From assembly GCA_002633005.1 (NCBI GenBank), contig NMRA01000038.1, positions 369,745 through 433,744 on the forward strand: a stretch of 64,000 nucleotides of DNA, given 5' to 3'. The notes beneath the pieces were generated by a model. The model worked only from the letters and a program-made list of their open reading frames with translations, searched no databases and was not told where the DNA came from. Shown here piece after piece: positions 1 to 14,497 of this stretch. Made by a program: the position numbers and the translations under genes. How positions within the stretch are numbered: the first letter of the stretch is position 1; every line of letters starts with the position of its first letter. Source of the DNA: Phoronis australis (taxonomy: Eukaryota > Animalia > Phoronida).

Positions 1-1741
1 GAAGACTGAATGGGACTTCCTGACTTTGCAAAGACTGGCATTTAGTTTCGACCACTTCTGTAGGGTGAGGTAATTATTCATCAATATCCCTACTTCGTAT
101 ACTTTTAAAAGGATAGTAAATCCTGAGATGATTTCCACCAATCCTCGTTCTGTCACCTGCTAGTGCATCACTGGCGTCAATCTTCCAAGTTAAAAGTATA
201 CCAAACCCGGTTTTATCCTACTAACAGATACTAAAAACGACTTTCCATCCAGTTCTCTGAAACGAAATAATGCTCTGTAATGACTCGACAACCCCCTAAA
301 GTGTTGAGGAAAATCAGAAAACTCCTTACAATTTCTGCTAAAAGGGCAAGCGTGACCTACGCTTTTAGCGAGTTACGCGGCATCTGTGGGAAAAGACCAC
401 CCACCAAGGACCATAATGTCTAATTCGTGAGATAGTGGGTATAAATTCTTAGTTGATTCCTGCTTCATATTCAAGATTGACGCCAATGATGCAACAGCAA
501 GCGAGAGATCGAGGATTGGTTGAAATCATCAAAATAGGGCTTAGAATCATTTTTAAGGAAGGAATCACGTGAAAATTATTCCTACCCCATGACAAAGTTT
601 GGACAGTATGTCCTTGCTGGGTGGACCTTCCACACAGTTGTCGTGTATTTCGCAAAAAGCGTAGGTTACGCTTGCTCGTTTAGCAAACTTTGAAAGAGTT
701 TCAAAGTTTTCAACAAACTTTTGAGGATTGTCAATGGTTACAGAGTAATATTTTGTTTCAGAAAAATGGGTGGGAAAGTCATTTATATTGTAGGTCAATA
801 AGCAAAACCCGGATCCTTCTAAAAATGCAAGAACGTACTTAGTTTTCCGTATTCGTACGACATTCAGGCAATTTCATATGCGCATGAAATTAACAGTACG
901 CGGACGTTGTTTTTGGTACTGGTACACGTGCTACACCACTCGGCGCATCTAATAACCGAAGTATCGTTTACGTTTGCATGCAAAAGTATAAAAATTAAAC
1001 CTGGGTTCAAAAATTTAGATATGTTCGGAGTAGTGAGCCTTCGGAGTAGTGAACGTTCAGAATGGTGTGCTGTGCCCATTTCCAGCGATGTAAGTAACTC
1101 GCAAAAATACAACCAGATAAAAATTCCGTCAAGTCATTCTCAGACTAAACAATTCCGTCTGAGTGTGTATGCACGACTGATTTGGAAGTTTGGTGGGTCG
1201 ACCTTTGCAAAATATCAAAGGTCCACAGTTCAGGAATTCGAACCACCCAGTGCGCTATCCTGGCTACGGGCCGGCACTGGTAGTACCGGTACGAAAAATT
1301 CAAAATTCATCCCGTACTGTTGTCCTCATAAGTTCAAGTGCTCTCTGAAAGTCACAAAGGCGTAATGTTGTGTGCCATTTGTCATGGCATTGAACTGAAA
1401 AACGACTCTGAACAAAAAGGTTTTTTCGTACAAGACCCCAATCGCCGAGTCTGGCCAATCCTCCATTTTCTTAAGCTCACACCAAGTGGATGGGCTCAGG
1501 TTTGACGAATAAGAGGGATAAAATTCAAATTAAACCGATTTTCTAATGTTATACATCAAAAATATCTTTCTTTTACAAACAAAAATCTCGAAAGCCACGA
1601 ATTTCTGTGCTCTCTAACAATAATCGCGGAAAAAAATAAATCGGTGCCACCCAAAAAATCTGAAGCAAATATCAATCAAATGCAAATGACCTCAATTGAG
1701 CTCCTCTGAACACAAACGTATGTTTGCTCATTCATTCCATT

Positions 1742-2162
1742 GCCCTGCTGTGCGTGAACTTGAAATCCTGCTTAATCTCAAGATCGTGTATGCGTGAACT
1801 TGGAATTGAACATTCTTTAAGGCAAAAAGATGAATTTTTTGTTCGGTGAAAAGAATTTTCGTAATTATTGGCCTCGCGATCAGCCATTTTCTCCTTTACC
1901 GTAAGTTCTGTAGCTGAACCGGAGGAATACGTGAATGGTTAAGTCGATTATTGTTTGGTGAAACTGATCGCCTGTAGTTGAAAAGGTTGGTTAAAATTGA
2001 CATTATTTTATTCAAATGTAACTTGATTTAGTGCAGTGCAAATTTTTATGAACATGAACGTGATTGTTTGAGTGAACTTGGAAAGTTGCCTCGCGTATTC
2101 CAAGTTCACGCAACACTCACTTCCGCGTAATCTTGGGATTCCAAGTTTACGTACAGCAGCCC
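1742..2162. mobile_element. MITE with TIR CTGCTGT(G/A)CGT(G/A)AACTTG(G/A)AATCC
   Basis: Inverted termini, plus a second diverged copy at ~52855-53235 that shares internal sequence (AGTTGAAAA..GGTT..TTAAAATT.ACATT). Confidence 0.65.
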
Positions 2163-2819
2163 TTCTACGACTGCTAAGCAGCACCGCTTGTGATTTGGCT
2201 ACTGCGTTGTACAATTTGTGTCATCATTGCCTGGACTGGTTGAGTCGCCAAAAAGAGAAAAACGGAAGAACGTTGTACACGAAAGGAGACCAGGGGTGTG
2301 ATTAGTGCTGCTTAGTCTGCGTCTGCAGACAGTGCGGGATAATATGGACATGTTCAAACGAACAGATGTTACTTGCCCAAGTTTGTTGTAGGATCTGTAA
2401 GTCCACCAATTAAAAAACGATAGGTTAGTGCTATTTAGACAAGGAACTCGTTCAATCGTGGAGGTCAGCAACATTTCAGTTTCCGCCTCATCAAGCTTGA
2501 CCTTACTCGTTTCCCCGGGGCCCTTGTTCTTGTACCTCCCCCGTTCCGCTTATCGGTGTCAGTAGCTCGACTGTGGTTTGTGCAACGTGATCTCCGTATG
2601 CATGTATACAATACACGAGTTACATGCAGAACTCAATGCACTGCATTTTTATATTCGTCGCTTTCTGGGGCATTCTTCATAGTGAATATTTATCAGGTGT
2701 GATCGTAACTCCTCCTACTTCTGTCAAAATTAACTTTGTCGATCAACAATAGGCGTGGTTTGTTGAAAAATCAAAACTGCTATATCTTCAAAAATATTGT
2801 CTACTTTTTCGTTGTTGTC

Positions 2820-3180
2820 TCAGGACTTAATTATGGGGTTTTCTTGTGTGATGTCTATATATAAAAGTTCGCGGAACTCGATGGAGAATATGTATCCACT
2901 TCTGTGTTTCTTCTCTTGAATTAATAAAATGTTGAATGTATTGTGGAGAAATTTCCATGACAAGCAATCAAATGGTCTTTCAAAATCGACCATTATAAGA
3001 AGTCTAGGGACATTGCTTTCTCCTGCATATTGTTTCTTTGAAAACACGACTAAACTTTTTGTTTGAAAGCTTGATACAGAACCGCTCGTAGTGTCGAAAC
3101 AATACCCTTTCTTCACATTGCTCGACACTACGAGCGACTCACTATCAATAATTAATATTAAATAACGTAACGTGTCCATT
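2820..3180 (-). pseudogene. Decayed L1/Tx1-like reverse transcriptase fragment
   Basis: PRLLIMVDFERPFDCLSWKFL resembles the RT motif GLLL.IDFEKAFDS.SW.FL. Confidence 0.6.
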
Positions 3181-3276
3181 TTTTAAGAATTCCTTTGGCT
3201 TATTATTTGCTTTTTTAAATTTTCCTGTTCTACATTGAATTGCCATTTTCGTACTGATAAATATGGCTATTCTAAT

Positions 3277-6200
3277 TTAAACTAACACAGAAAACAATAA
3301 AATTACGTTGACAAATACGCTATACGAGATCTTCAAAATGGCCGACCCACTAACATCCGATGGGCATGGGTCTCCGGTAACAAAAGTGATTCGACCTTCA
3401 ACAGCAGGGTACACTGGGGACACGGCTTTAATATAGTCCAATATCAACTCGCTGTCTATGTCACCTGCAATTAAACAGAGGAATTCGTTTTAGAATGAGT
3501 AAAATATACACCAAACACACAAGATCGTATTCTATCCCCATACTAAATAACCGAAATGGGTTCTTAACACAATCGGGTTTTGAATTATGGTCCACAAAAA
3601 CGAGGTAACTTGATGTAAAAATTTCGGTATGACGTAACATTAGAAGCAATTTTGCAAATATTCACCTCGTTTACAGACCTTGGAAGTCGAGCTACATTTA
3701 TCTTCAATCTAACGTTATTGAGACGCCTATGGAACTGTGTTTTTTGTTTCCACGGATGCGGTAAATTTGACATAAAGCAACTCAAGCGCTTACACGGTTC
3801 TAAATAGCAGATACTCGTACTTTAAAGTGTAAATTGCAAGGTCTAAGTATGTTAAATTGTAATAATATTTTCAAGATATTGTTAGTTGGATATATCTTCT
3901 TCCAATTATCATGTTATTGTGTCTGTAGTTACGTTAAAAAGCGAAAATTAAAAAAAATCCGCGAAAAGTTGACCTTTGACACCGTGACATGGTGTNAGTC
4001 CAACACGTTGAGAGATTTCAAGTTAAAAAGTGGCAACAGAAACAAACGTATACTAACCTTGATAATGTGTCTTGAGTGTATTCTTTTTTAGTACTTCAAA
4101 TCCGTCTCCTCCTCCGGCGATATATCCAGATACAATGACCTTGTAAACCTGGCTCGAGTTCAGTGGGACGTATTGGGGAACGCTGCATGCCGTGCACAGG
4201 GTGTGGACAGAAACGACTCGCTTTTGAGCTGGCTTTGTCAGGTTGTAAACGACGCGAAGCCCTGAGTAAATGGAACGTGAGATAAGTATGTGAATGTACA
4301 AAGTAATGTCACCTGCACTAATAACTGTGGTGTCGTGTGTGTAAATGGGTCAAAGTCGCGGCTCCAGAGCCGTGGTATTGACTTTCAGTGAACCCTACAG
4401 GACTGTTTCACAACAGGAATTCTGGTGCAAACCTATTTAAACACGAATAATTGATATTAAACCAGGAGTCCAACGCCCCAAAACCAAGTGAAAGAAACGT
4501 CACGGGATAAGGAGTACAAATCGCTAGAGATCATTTTATTCTTGAACAACATGACATCAAAGTTCCTAGCGCATTACACCGAGCTGTCACTGCATAAACC
4601 CTATCAAAACAGATGGATGTCAGTTATTTTCCCTTGTTATTCTTCTTTTCACGAAAAAGGTTCAGTAATGCCAGTTGAGTAAATTTAAGGGGCACCAATG
4701 ACCTTCGATTGACATCGGCGACTCCAGGCAACTAATTGTCGACAAGTACAGAGAGAGTGAACTGAAGAAATCCATAGAATTTGTGAGTTTGTTGTCGAGA
4801 TTTAGTGAAGTCGCAAATATTTCCAGATACATTTAATGGACGCGTTTTCATTGTTTTGGTCTTTCTTCTAAATCAATAGTAAATGAAGGCTTTCTGTTTT
4901 GCAGCGCTAGTCAAAAGGTATACAACAGAAATGTTTGATACGAAGCTAGTAACTCCTATATATAAGATTGTTGGAAACTAGACACATTCAGACATTCATC
5001 AAGACTTACAGATATTCAAATCAAATCAAATCAAACTGTCCGCTTTAGGAAAACTCGCAAAGGTTTAACTTTATAAATCCAACTCTAAAAGTACGTCTAT
5101 CGTGGATCTCTGGAGGACAGATAATCAAAAAAATTTCCGCGTACAAGTTTAGATACGGTTAGCTTTGTTCAAAAATGTGCTGCATTGTCCAAGAATAAAC
5201 GATTATGTGAGTGGAGTCTACGACAAGAAAACGAACTGACAAGCGCTTGGTTTTCTTTTTCTTGTGTTTATTTCGCCTAAAACCAGAACTAAGGAGTTGA
5301 GGGGTTCTGTGGGTTGTAGGACGTTTGTTATAACCAAATACAAAGTCACAGCGACCAAATTTGAGACTGTTGATCTTGAATAGCTAATGTACTAATAGGA
5401 TAAATCTTAATTTCTTCTAAATGTATGAAATATTAAAGTACCTGAAACTTGTAAAAAAGCTCCAGCCGGTTGTTCGACATTGTATGTAGACACGCCATGT
5501 TCAAGAGCACCTCGAAGGGTTCTTCCACTGATTTCAATGATATTGACCTCGTTGTCGAAGGGAGATGCTGTCTTGACGTCACCAATGGTTATTTCTCCTG
5601 AAACAGAAAGAACGTTAAGGTCGGCGTAGAAGAAGGGGTGAGGGAAGGGGTGGTGTGAGGGAGGGGGAGAGGGAGGGAAGGAAAGTAACCAGTTTGTAAA
5701 TACTGGAATTTGTTTACTGGGACATGCGTAGATCTCAGATGAGTTCGGAAGAAAACAAGTTATTACAGTGTTTTAGTTACACGTTAAACGCGAACGCAAA
5801 CGTGTGATCTTGAGAGCGGGAAAAAGTGATTTCATATGAGTTTTGCATGACCCTTTTGTTTGGACTCCGTGTACGCTCCGTAAGAAGTAGTACAGAACAC
5901 CCGCCTGATGAAACTCGCAAGGGTCAGTTTAGGTAAGTGACGGGACTGAAAGCGTTTTGTCGCACTCCAAACAAACATATACGAGACAAAACACAGCAAC
6001 AATGGGGAATAAATCTCTCCACTCTCCGGCCTTGCAAAAGCGAACCCTAGCGGAAAAGTGCCCTCCTTTGTCACTTTGACGTGGGCGACTCTCAAGCATC
6101 CTAGCTATGTTTGCACAGTTCAGTCGACCCTTTCTAAACAAAATCTGGGGCTGGGGTCTAACCTTCTACTCGAAATCAAACTCCAGCTTATTTTTACATT

Positions 6201-9200
6201 TTAAGTTCGTGTCTGAACTCGAAGTTTCATTTTTAAAAGTCGAGTTTTCACTTGATTTGTACCCTCAATTTTAGTTAGGCATCAAGTGTGAACTTTGACT
6301 AGAAATCAATCTGTGTCAATCATAATGCACTAGAGCACAGACGAACAGTTACTTATCTTGGTTTCACACAAACCTAAAAGGGAGAATGTAAAATGTAATT
6401 TCCCGTTCCATTTCGAGTTCGAAGATTAGATTCCGGCAAATGGATGTGCTACTGGGCTTGTGCTTCGTATTGCATCTTTAAAAAAGAGAAAACGTAATGA
6501 TGGTGTATGTATTGACAGACACTGATACCTTAATTAAGTGTAGTTGGGAATGCACCGTCCCGGATGTCACTGACGAAAATGAGGACTAATATCCATAATT
6601 AAAAAAGTTGAATACATGAGTACTAAGAAACCAATTTCCTGCTCATGTTCTATACGTAAATTATGGTTAACAGTGGCCTTGGTAACTCCGTGGTGACGGA
6701 AATCGTGACCTGACGCCATGGTGACAAGCGGGTCACGGATGAGGATGAAGCTGGCGAGGACTGAGATGACCTTGTTTTGTTCCTTATCGGGTGAATACAT
6801 TTTGCAAGGATGTGGTATTGAGCTCCTGAGCATACTCTCGAAACATTCACTTTTCATTAGCGTGATCTTAGCAAACCTTGCTAGATCCTGCTTTTCCAGC
6901 AGGAAACTAGGCCTCTACCGATCTTATCAACCAGGGCATTTCCGGTGCTGAAACTTTGTAGATAGAAGCCACTGAGCTAAAATTGAATATTTTACGATTT
7001 TGTGTCGACATAGCCTCTTTCATCAGATTGCACTTCGATCCTCAAGCACCAAAAAACAATTGAGCCTCTGGAAAACGAGTTAATTCTGATATACCTCGAT
7101 CGGATCGTTTGCTCAGCCAACCTACTGACCTTTGTCGATGGGAACTCTGACGCTGCCGCTGTTAATCAGAGCAATAGACACGTCACTCCACTCCATGCCA
7201 TCAAGATGCTTCAGATTCTGGTGAACAAATGCATCGGCAACGAGGTTTCCTGTCACGAAAAAAATACAAGATTCTTTAATCAATCGCACGACAGAATGTT
7301 TCGCATGTGTTAATGTTAACTTTTTGACGAGGTTACAAGAAAAGTTTTTGAAAGTACAAATTTTCTGCAATAGGTCCTACATAGTTTTGTGGCGTATATC
7401 GAGCAATATTCCACAAGGTAGCTTTTATCGGTGCCAAACTAAAGATTGACTCACCTAAGTTACATTCCTTCAATCTGCAATGTTCCCGCTCACCGTCTAG
7501 ATACACAAACGATCGTCCAACCACGCCAGACGATGCGTTCTTGACAAGACCAGACCAGGCGTTGATTTCCTTGAGAGTTTCGTTGTCTATACAGAAGAAC
7601 TGGTGTGAGTTTCGTAGACGGAAGAATCTCGCGAGTAAGCTAATGTGGCTACGTATTTCGAGTATAATCATAGGCGGATTTAGGGGGGCCCAGGGAGCCC
7701 GCCCCCCCCCCCCTTGGCTGCCACAAAAAAATAAAACAGCAAGAGCGTAGGGAAATGTTGAGATGTTGAGTTTATTAATTAACCCCGGTAATTAAAATTA
7801 TACGGATGAAACAAGATTTAAATGTATGCAGTTTTAGTGTTTGGGGGGGGGCTCAGATCCAATTTCAAGTGTTAAATTCGGAACACGGCGCATTCATAAC
7901 GGAACTATGGCTATATCCCAGGCGACCGGCAGTGGCGCTGCGCACTACGACTCCGTTTCCGTCGTCTGCTCCACTGTGCAATGAAGAAAATTGACTTCAT
8001 TTTTAAAGAAAATGGAACCTGAGTGACGATGAAAAAACAGAAGCTGCTGGTATGATGTGAATTTTAATAATCGAAGCTTGAGTGAATCACTCAGAAACTC
8101 ATAATTCTCTGTTTCTCAAACCTTAACTTAAGACGATTTCCAAAGCAATCCCGTCATTATTGCCAACACGAAAAACGGATTTGGTCTTTTGGGCATTTGA
8201 AGACTATTTTAAACACAACAAATTTGTTAAGAACCGATTGCACAAAATATAAAACGTGTAATAAGCATTACAAAAAGAAGTAGGTTTCGCGCGCAAACGC
8301 TGTGGACCATAAACAAGAAGGTCTCTTATCACGCATTTATTAGCTAAGTCGTGGTGGTGTAGTGGTAAAATCAAGGAAAATGCTTGATTTTTAGATGAAA
8401 AAACAGAAAATTTTCCTGGGAGGGTGAGGAGCCCCCTCCCGACCTCCCCCCATTCGGTGCTATGCGCATCTACAATCGTGGTTTGCGCAAATGCTTACAG
8501 TCCGACAAAATGTTGGGCCCCCCTTGTGATATCCTAGATCCGCCACTGATAATGCATGGCAATTCCTCGGAGCCGACACATTTGTTTTAATATATTTCTG
8601 TCACAGTTTCGTGTGTCAGTTTTCAAAATGTAAACGAGTTTTCACGCATGTGTCAATGCAAATGTTTAACTCTTTAGTCCATTAGGACATCCAGAAGACA
8701 TCAACTGTTTTTTCGTACTAGGCGCTTATCAAACTAAGCAACAATCTTAATAAAAAGACTCAAAACAAGTAAATACATGTGGCACCGTAACCGGAACTCG
8801 CATCGAAAGACTCTTTTAATTATCTGTGTCGCGATTCACTTAACACCCACTGCTGAATTATTTTATCTTGATACGGATGAAGACACTCTTCATCATACCT
8901 TGGGGGACGCTGGAGTCCAAAAGAATAGGATTACCGCTGTAAGTCGCTACATTTCCCTGATCGTCGAACGTTACCTTGAGATAACCTAGGTACTTTCCAA
9001 AAGTGTAGTCCTGCACAACCAATACCTTGTCCCCGCCGTCCTGGGTAACAACTGTAGGATATCGCCCTGCAGGAACTTCGATGGAAGGAGGCTCGCCTGG
9101 AAAAGATAGACGGGAAAAGATAGTTATAGTTCGCGAGCACGCGTAACTGATGCGTCATTCTCACACTGCTATATGGTGCCTGCAGGGTGATTCTTTATTG

Positions 9201-12200
9201 GAGACTCGGTTAGAAAGGCTTTCCAATGTGACTTTTAAATGCCACTGATGTCAGAAATGTGGTTTACAGCTCCCAGTAACTTTATCCGTGATGCCTTTGT
9301 TGAGTCAAGGGCGTTATCAAAGTCACACACCCTCTCATTGGCATATTGCAAATACTAAAACGGCAGCAACATGAACATGTTTGATTGCTTAAGGTGATGT
9401 ACCTTTACAATGGCCAAATTCGGCTGATTTCAAAAAAAATATATCTCAGAAATGGCTGAATGGATTCGTGCGAAACTATCAGATTCTATGTTTTATGCCC
9501 TGTTCTCAAAAACCCTTTTATGAAATGTTTTTAAAAGGTTCCACTTTTGCATGAGGGGTTACCAAAAATAGGCCTTTCATGATTTGAAATCTAGGCGAAA
9601 TATTGCCAGGCTTTACAAGTGAAGCACGTGATCACACCAGCCTGTCTCGCGAGTGCTGCGTCAATAGAATGCTCCCCTGGTATCATGGCGTTGATGTTAG
9701 CAATGCTACGCTGGTGACATTGGGACGCTGCGACGGAACAAAGTGACTCGGAATGTACAACGTCACCGCAAGCTGATTTAGCTGCGCAGTAATTTCTTGG
9801 CAGTAGCTTCTACCTGTTCACAACATTGTAGGAAATCTACATTATTCACACAAGGCTTATTTCGATCAGGGGCTCTTTCCCCAAATAGGGGAGCTGCACA
9901 TGTTTTCAGATTGGCGATATTCTTCCAAGAATCGTTCTCGTGGAGCAGAGGTCAAAGAAGGAAAACTACAAACCAGAATAAAGAAATGTGTTGGTGTGTC
10001 CGCCAACAACGATATCAACTCCTTTAACCTTCATGGCGATTTCTCTGTCTTTGGCGAAGCCAGCGTGACCCACGGCGATGATCTTATTGACGCCTTGGCT
10101 AACTAGCTTTTGCACCTCTGCCTGAACCGCCTCCACCTCGTCTGTAAACTTTGCTGGTGCTACAAGTTGTACAATTGGTGGACTTCATTACGTTTTAATA
10201 CCAACAATCTCAATTAAGGTGTTGACGGTTTGGAATATTGAAGAAAACTCAAACCCAATGCGATAGGATCATGATACACACGCTGTCGTTTCACATTTAC
10301 ATATATTCCGTTACATTTTGGTTAAAAACTTTCCAAAACGTATTATCAATACAAACCAATTGAATCAATCCTCATTCAGGCTCTTTCAATGTTACTTTAA
10401 TTGTTTTTTCAAATTAAACATAATTTTATAGAGAATTTTTAAATAACATTTTGGAATCCTGGAGATGCACTTGCTGCTACACTCATGCTACTGAACTTAA
10501 AATTCTGTGAAATTGTTTTTGTCGAAAACGTTAACACTTTCAGGGCTATTATTTACGAAATTATCCTACTCTCTGGTATCTGCCGTGTACGTTTTGACTT
10601 TAAGATAGTGCCCAGTTTTGTGTTATTAAGCATTTTCTGTTAGCAAAATGAGTGCTTGTAAATCCTGACTACATGGCTAACAGTAAATCAGAGTCACTTT
10701 TCGGTCAACCAGTTCCTCAGCACAATCAAACAAGTGTTTCCAAGACTTTCCTTTTGAGGCCAACTCACCCGGGTTCGAGAGTATTTTTGTGTCAGTGGTT
10801 GTGTAGCCAACGACACCTATTTTTTCTCCACCAATTATTTTAACGACAGACTTTTCAAACAAAGATTCCATTTGAGGTGCTGCGCTGGTGTCAATGTTGC
10901 AACTGACGACACTGAAATTCGCCTTCTCAAGAAATGGCACCAAACCATTCACTCCTTTGTCAAACTCGTGATTTCCTATTGCCTGGAAAGTAGAAATAAC
11001 AGCGTCCAAAACATCTTTCGGTTCTTCAAGAGAAGGGTGCTCCATCGTATATGTATTAACCACAGTAAAGCTCAATACAGGAACTCGGCACAAATTATTT
11101 ATTCCAGGTGATTCCAATGTAATTGCTATTTTTAAATACCTTACTTTTTCATCGTTGCATTTCACAGTACTTAAAAATCTGCTACATGGAACATTGGCTG
11201 GGCTTGATTGACTTCTCCGGTTATGCCCGTTCCACGCGCTAAGACATCTGATTGGTTTTAGATGACAACCTCCGGCTAAACCTATAAGATGTCGTTGTCG
11301 ACGGAACCCGCGAAGTCAACCAATTGCAGACAAGACAGTGTGAAGCAGAGTTTACTTCACGGCTCCCGTTTACGATAGTGCTGAATACATGTGTGCCAAA
11401 CAATTCAATTACTTTGAACAAGCCTGTTTTCATTGGCCACTAATCTGAGCTTCACCAACCTTAAGAGGCATTGGACGCGGAACTCGCCAAAACCATCTTT
11501 TAAACAATCCCTAGCGAAAGTACTATCCCGCAACGTCTAATACAGGGTTTTTCACTTTCCCCTGTGAGAGAATTTCCACGAAAAAATCACAAAATTCACG
11601 ATTTTTGACATACGTGGGAAGGAAAAACTCTGCAGTCACCACAGAGTTTCTAATCTTCCTCCCATTTATGATGAATGCGCGCATGCGCTCAGTAATTCGA
11701 CAACCAGCTGACTAACAAGAGCGACGGATTATCATGTGTGGTCTCTGAATCCCTGAGGACGACACCACTGTGTGAGGCCAGTCAGCGAAGCAAGAGATTT
11801 CCTAGAGAGAATTCCAAGTGCATTTTAGAATATATTTGAATACTGTTATACTTTTGTAACAAATTTTAAACATCAATTGTCTCTTAATCCGGCTGCTGCT
11901 TAAAGACGCCATTGTTTTGTTTATATCAAACGTCAAAAGTCACATTTTCCATATAAGGGAATGTGCTACGCCTATGTCTTGTCATACCAAATAAGAAGAC
12001 GTGCTTTGCCTTGAAGGAGAAAAACCAACGAAATGACGAGCAGCTTATAGATCTTTTTTTAAGTTTGAAACTAAAAAGAAAAATGCTTGGACATCAACTG
12101 AAGTTCAAAATTTTTACATGCGAACCTAAAAATATCTCACTGGTGAACACGCTGAATTATGTTTCACTGGCAGAGAACCACTTTGAGCTTAAAAAGTCTG

Positions 12201-12496
12201 TTTTTCGCGTTAAAGGCGTCTTCACTTTATTACTAGAATACCACTTCGTAAATTTCTGCTTTCCGCTTGTACTTTCAATTTTAAGTTTATGGAAAGTGAA
12301 AATAGGTTTTTAACATTTTTAGAAGCCATCAAATATTCAACTTAAAAATTATACACAACATTCTGTTTATTCTAAAAGTGGTGCCGTGTTGAAAGACCAT
12401 TATTTTGAAAATACGCTTTGACCAAGTTGATAATAATAATTATTATTATTATTATTATTATTATTGTTATTATTGTTATTATTGTTATTATTATTG

Positions 12497-12545
<49 letters not shown>

Positions 12546-14497
12546 TATAACTTTATTTATAGAGGATAAAAAAACATGTTAAGTGTAAAAGTTATCTACC
12601 ACATTGTCCTTGATTGAAATTAAGGCTCGTGTCATGAAGATTTTGATGAAAATAAGGCGGTATCGTCAACGACGTAAGTGTCAAACACTCAAGCTGTTCC
12701 AAAACGTCGGTTTGTACGTTGGCATGAACCATACTTAAAGTGGATATTAAACCCACGTTCCGTCCAAGAATGACTTTTGATTTAGGCAATATAATACCGC
12801 GTAAAATGTGTCTGAGCGCGCTTCGTACTCAGAGGAGAAGTGATTTCCGGGTATAGCTGCTGCAAAGCTGACACTTGGATATCACTTGAGGTCATGCTTG
12901 TGGCACAAAATGACACTCCGTGACAAGTCTGGTCTCACGCGATAACAAAATGCCTGCTCTTTCGAAATCTGGAAATCACATCCAACTTGACTGAAGAACA
13001 GTTTGAGACCAATTTCTTAACTGTGTTTTTTGTGCTCGAACGCGGTTTGGCGTACGGGGGGAAATGCGGTTCGGCTATGTATATAGAGGTGGTTCATTGG
13101 AACAGATAGAAACAACGGGCTGAGTCTACCTAATTCTATTTTAATAAACTACAGGTCGTGAAACAGGGCACAATGCCTTGAAAAGAACTGAGCAAGGTAT
13201 ATAAAGGCAACAAGTCAACCAATCAAATTACATGAACGTATAATATATATACAGTTCTAGGAACAGCAAGTATTACTAATTTCCTTTTCTGAGAAAGTGG
13301 CAGTAAATAACAGTTGAAAGCAATGTAATACGACGACTAAATCAAATGATGCTACTAATACGATAATGCATTCTGCGACACGTGGGTTTATGGTCTTAAG
13401 TGACAAGCCGAGCTGTCGGAATTCGTGAGATTAAGAGGCAGGATATCTTGCCCTGTGTTTGCTTTTATGTTTTGAATTTGATAACTAGAATACTTACTCT
13501 TTAAATAAGGGGTTGTACAAGCCATAGTCCACTGCCAGTGCTCGTTATCTAATATCTGTACTCAGCATCGAAATCTAAATAGTTTTTAACATTTTGCGTT
13601 CTACTAAATAGTATATAATAAACTCAAGGTAAGGGTCTGTTATTCTGTGCGACTTAATATTTGTGTGTTCATGTGATGCCGTGATAATATATAACGGAGA
13701 TCATGCATGAGAGATTTTTCATAAATATTGACATTTTAGTTTGAGTGAAATGCGACTACTCTTACAGCAACGAGCACTTGATTTATACAAAATACACCAG
13801 TTCATGAATTACGACACACCTGTCTCTGAGAAGGATACGGATTGTAGGACATGGCTAAATCTCGTTGTCAAATAAGTCATTAGGTTAATGAGTCTCAGTG
13901 ACGCCCCAGAACGTATTGTGAATGAAAGCGCATCATAAACCCGTAGGGAATGATTTTTTTCTGGAATCTGACGGAAGCAACCGAGGGCATATAAGCAAAC
14001 GCCAAATTAGGTTGGGAGCTGTCACAGTGACCTAGGTTGTCTATAAGTTAAAGCTTCGTTAGGTATAAAAATGCGACTTATCGCCGTCGCGTGTTGAAAT
14101 ACACTTATGAACATTACCTTTCGTTCTCTTCAGTCTATAAAAATTCACCTATGCTCACCATGACGTCATACTCTAACTTGTTCATAAAGTGCGCCGCTGC
14201 CATGCCGCGATATTGATAGAACCACATAGTTCCCTGAAACTGGTCTCCCCCATCCACAAGAATTGTGTTCGGTTCGCTGCTTCGAATCTCCTTCAGTTTC
14301 GACATCCGACGCGCCACGCCACCAAAACATTTGTTGGCCGCTGCGTCCTGGGGTTTACATGCGCCTCCTTTCACGTTGTGTTGTTCAAAACGCGCGTGCA
14401 CGTCATTGGTATGAAGAAGCGTCAGCTCATACGTCACGACACTATTAACTATTATTAATGTCACAAAAGTTTTCAAGACTGCACTGTGTAAATCCAT
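3277..14497 (-). CDS. NT5E: Ecto-5'-nucleotidase (CD73-like), GPI-anchored, 9 coding exons, ~578 aa
   Basis: Exons in minus-strand order: 14497-14159, 10982-10769, 10159-9974, 9096-8899, 7586-7455, 7249-7130, 5597-5442, 4261-4058, 3464-3277. All introns are GT-AG and phase-compatible (1737 nt total). Motifs: N-terminal signal peptide, LLHTNDVHARFE, DGGDQFQGT, AIGNHEFD, VGHAG, VVGGHTNTFLY, GYIAGGGDGF, PVYPAVEGRITF, and a hydrophobic GPI-type C-terminus (SGSAILKISYSVFVNVILLFSVLV*). Confidence 0.95.
7669..8548. mobile_element. hAT-like MITE in NT5E intron 4
   Basis: Termini CATAGGCGGATTTAGG / CCTAGATCCGCCACTG, G/C-run subtermini, and a flanking duplication ATAAT (7664-7668, 8549-8553). Confidence 0.75.
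12438..12548. repeat. (ATT)n microsatellite
   Basis: Direct reading; includes GTT and ATC variants. Confidence 0.95.

Noticed and set aside
864-1112. HxE...CxxC pattern suggesting an APOBEC-like deaminase
   Set aside because: The PCxxC motif is absent, and the paralogous copies at 200-815 lack the pattern; an SGNH-like relic fits better.
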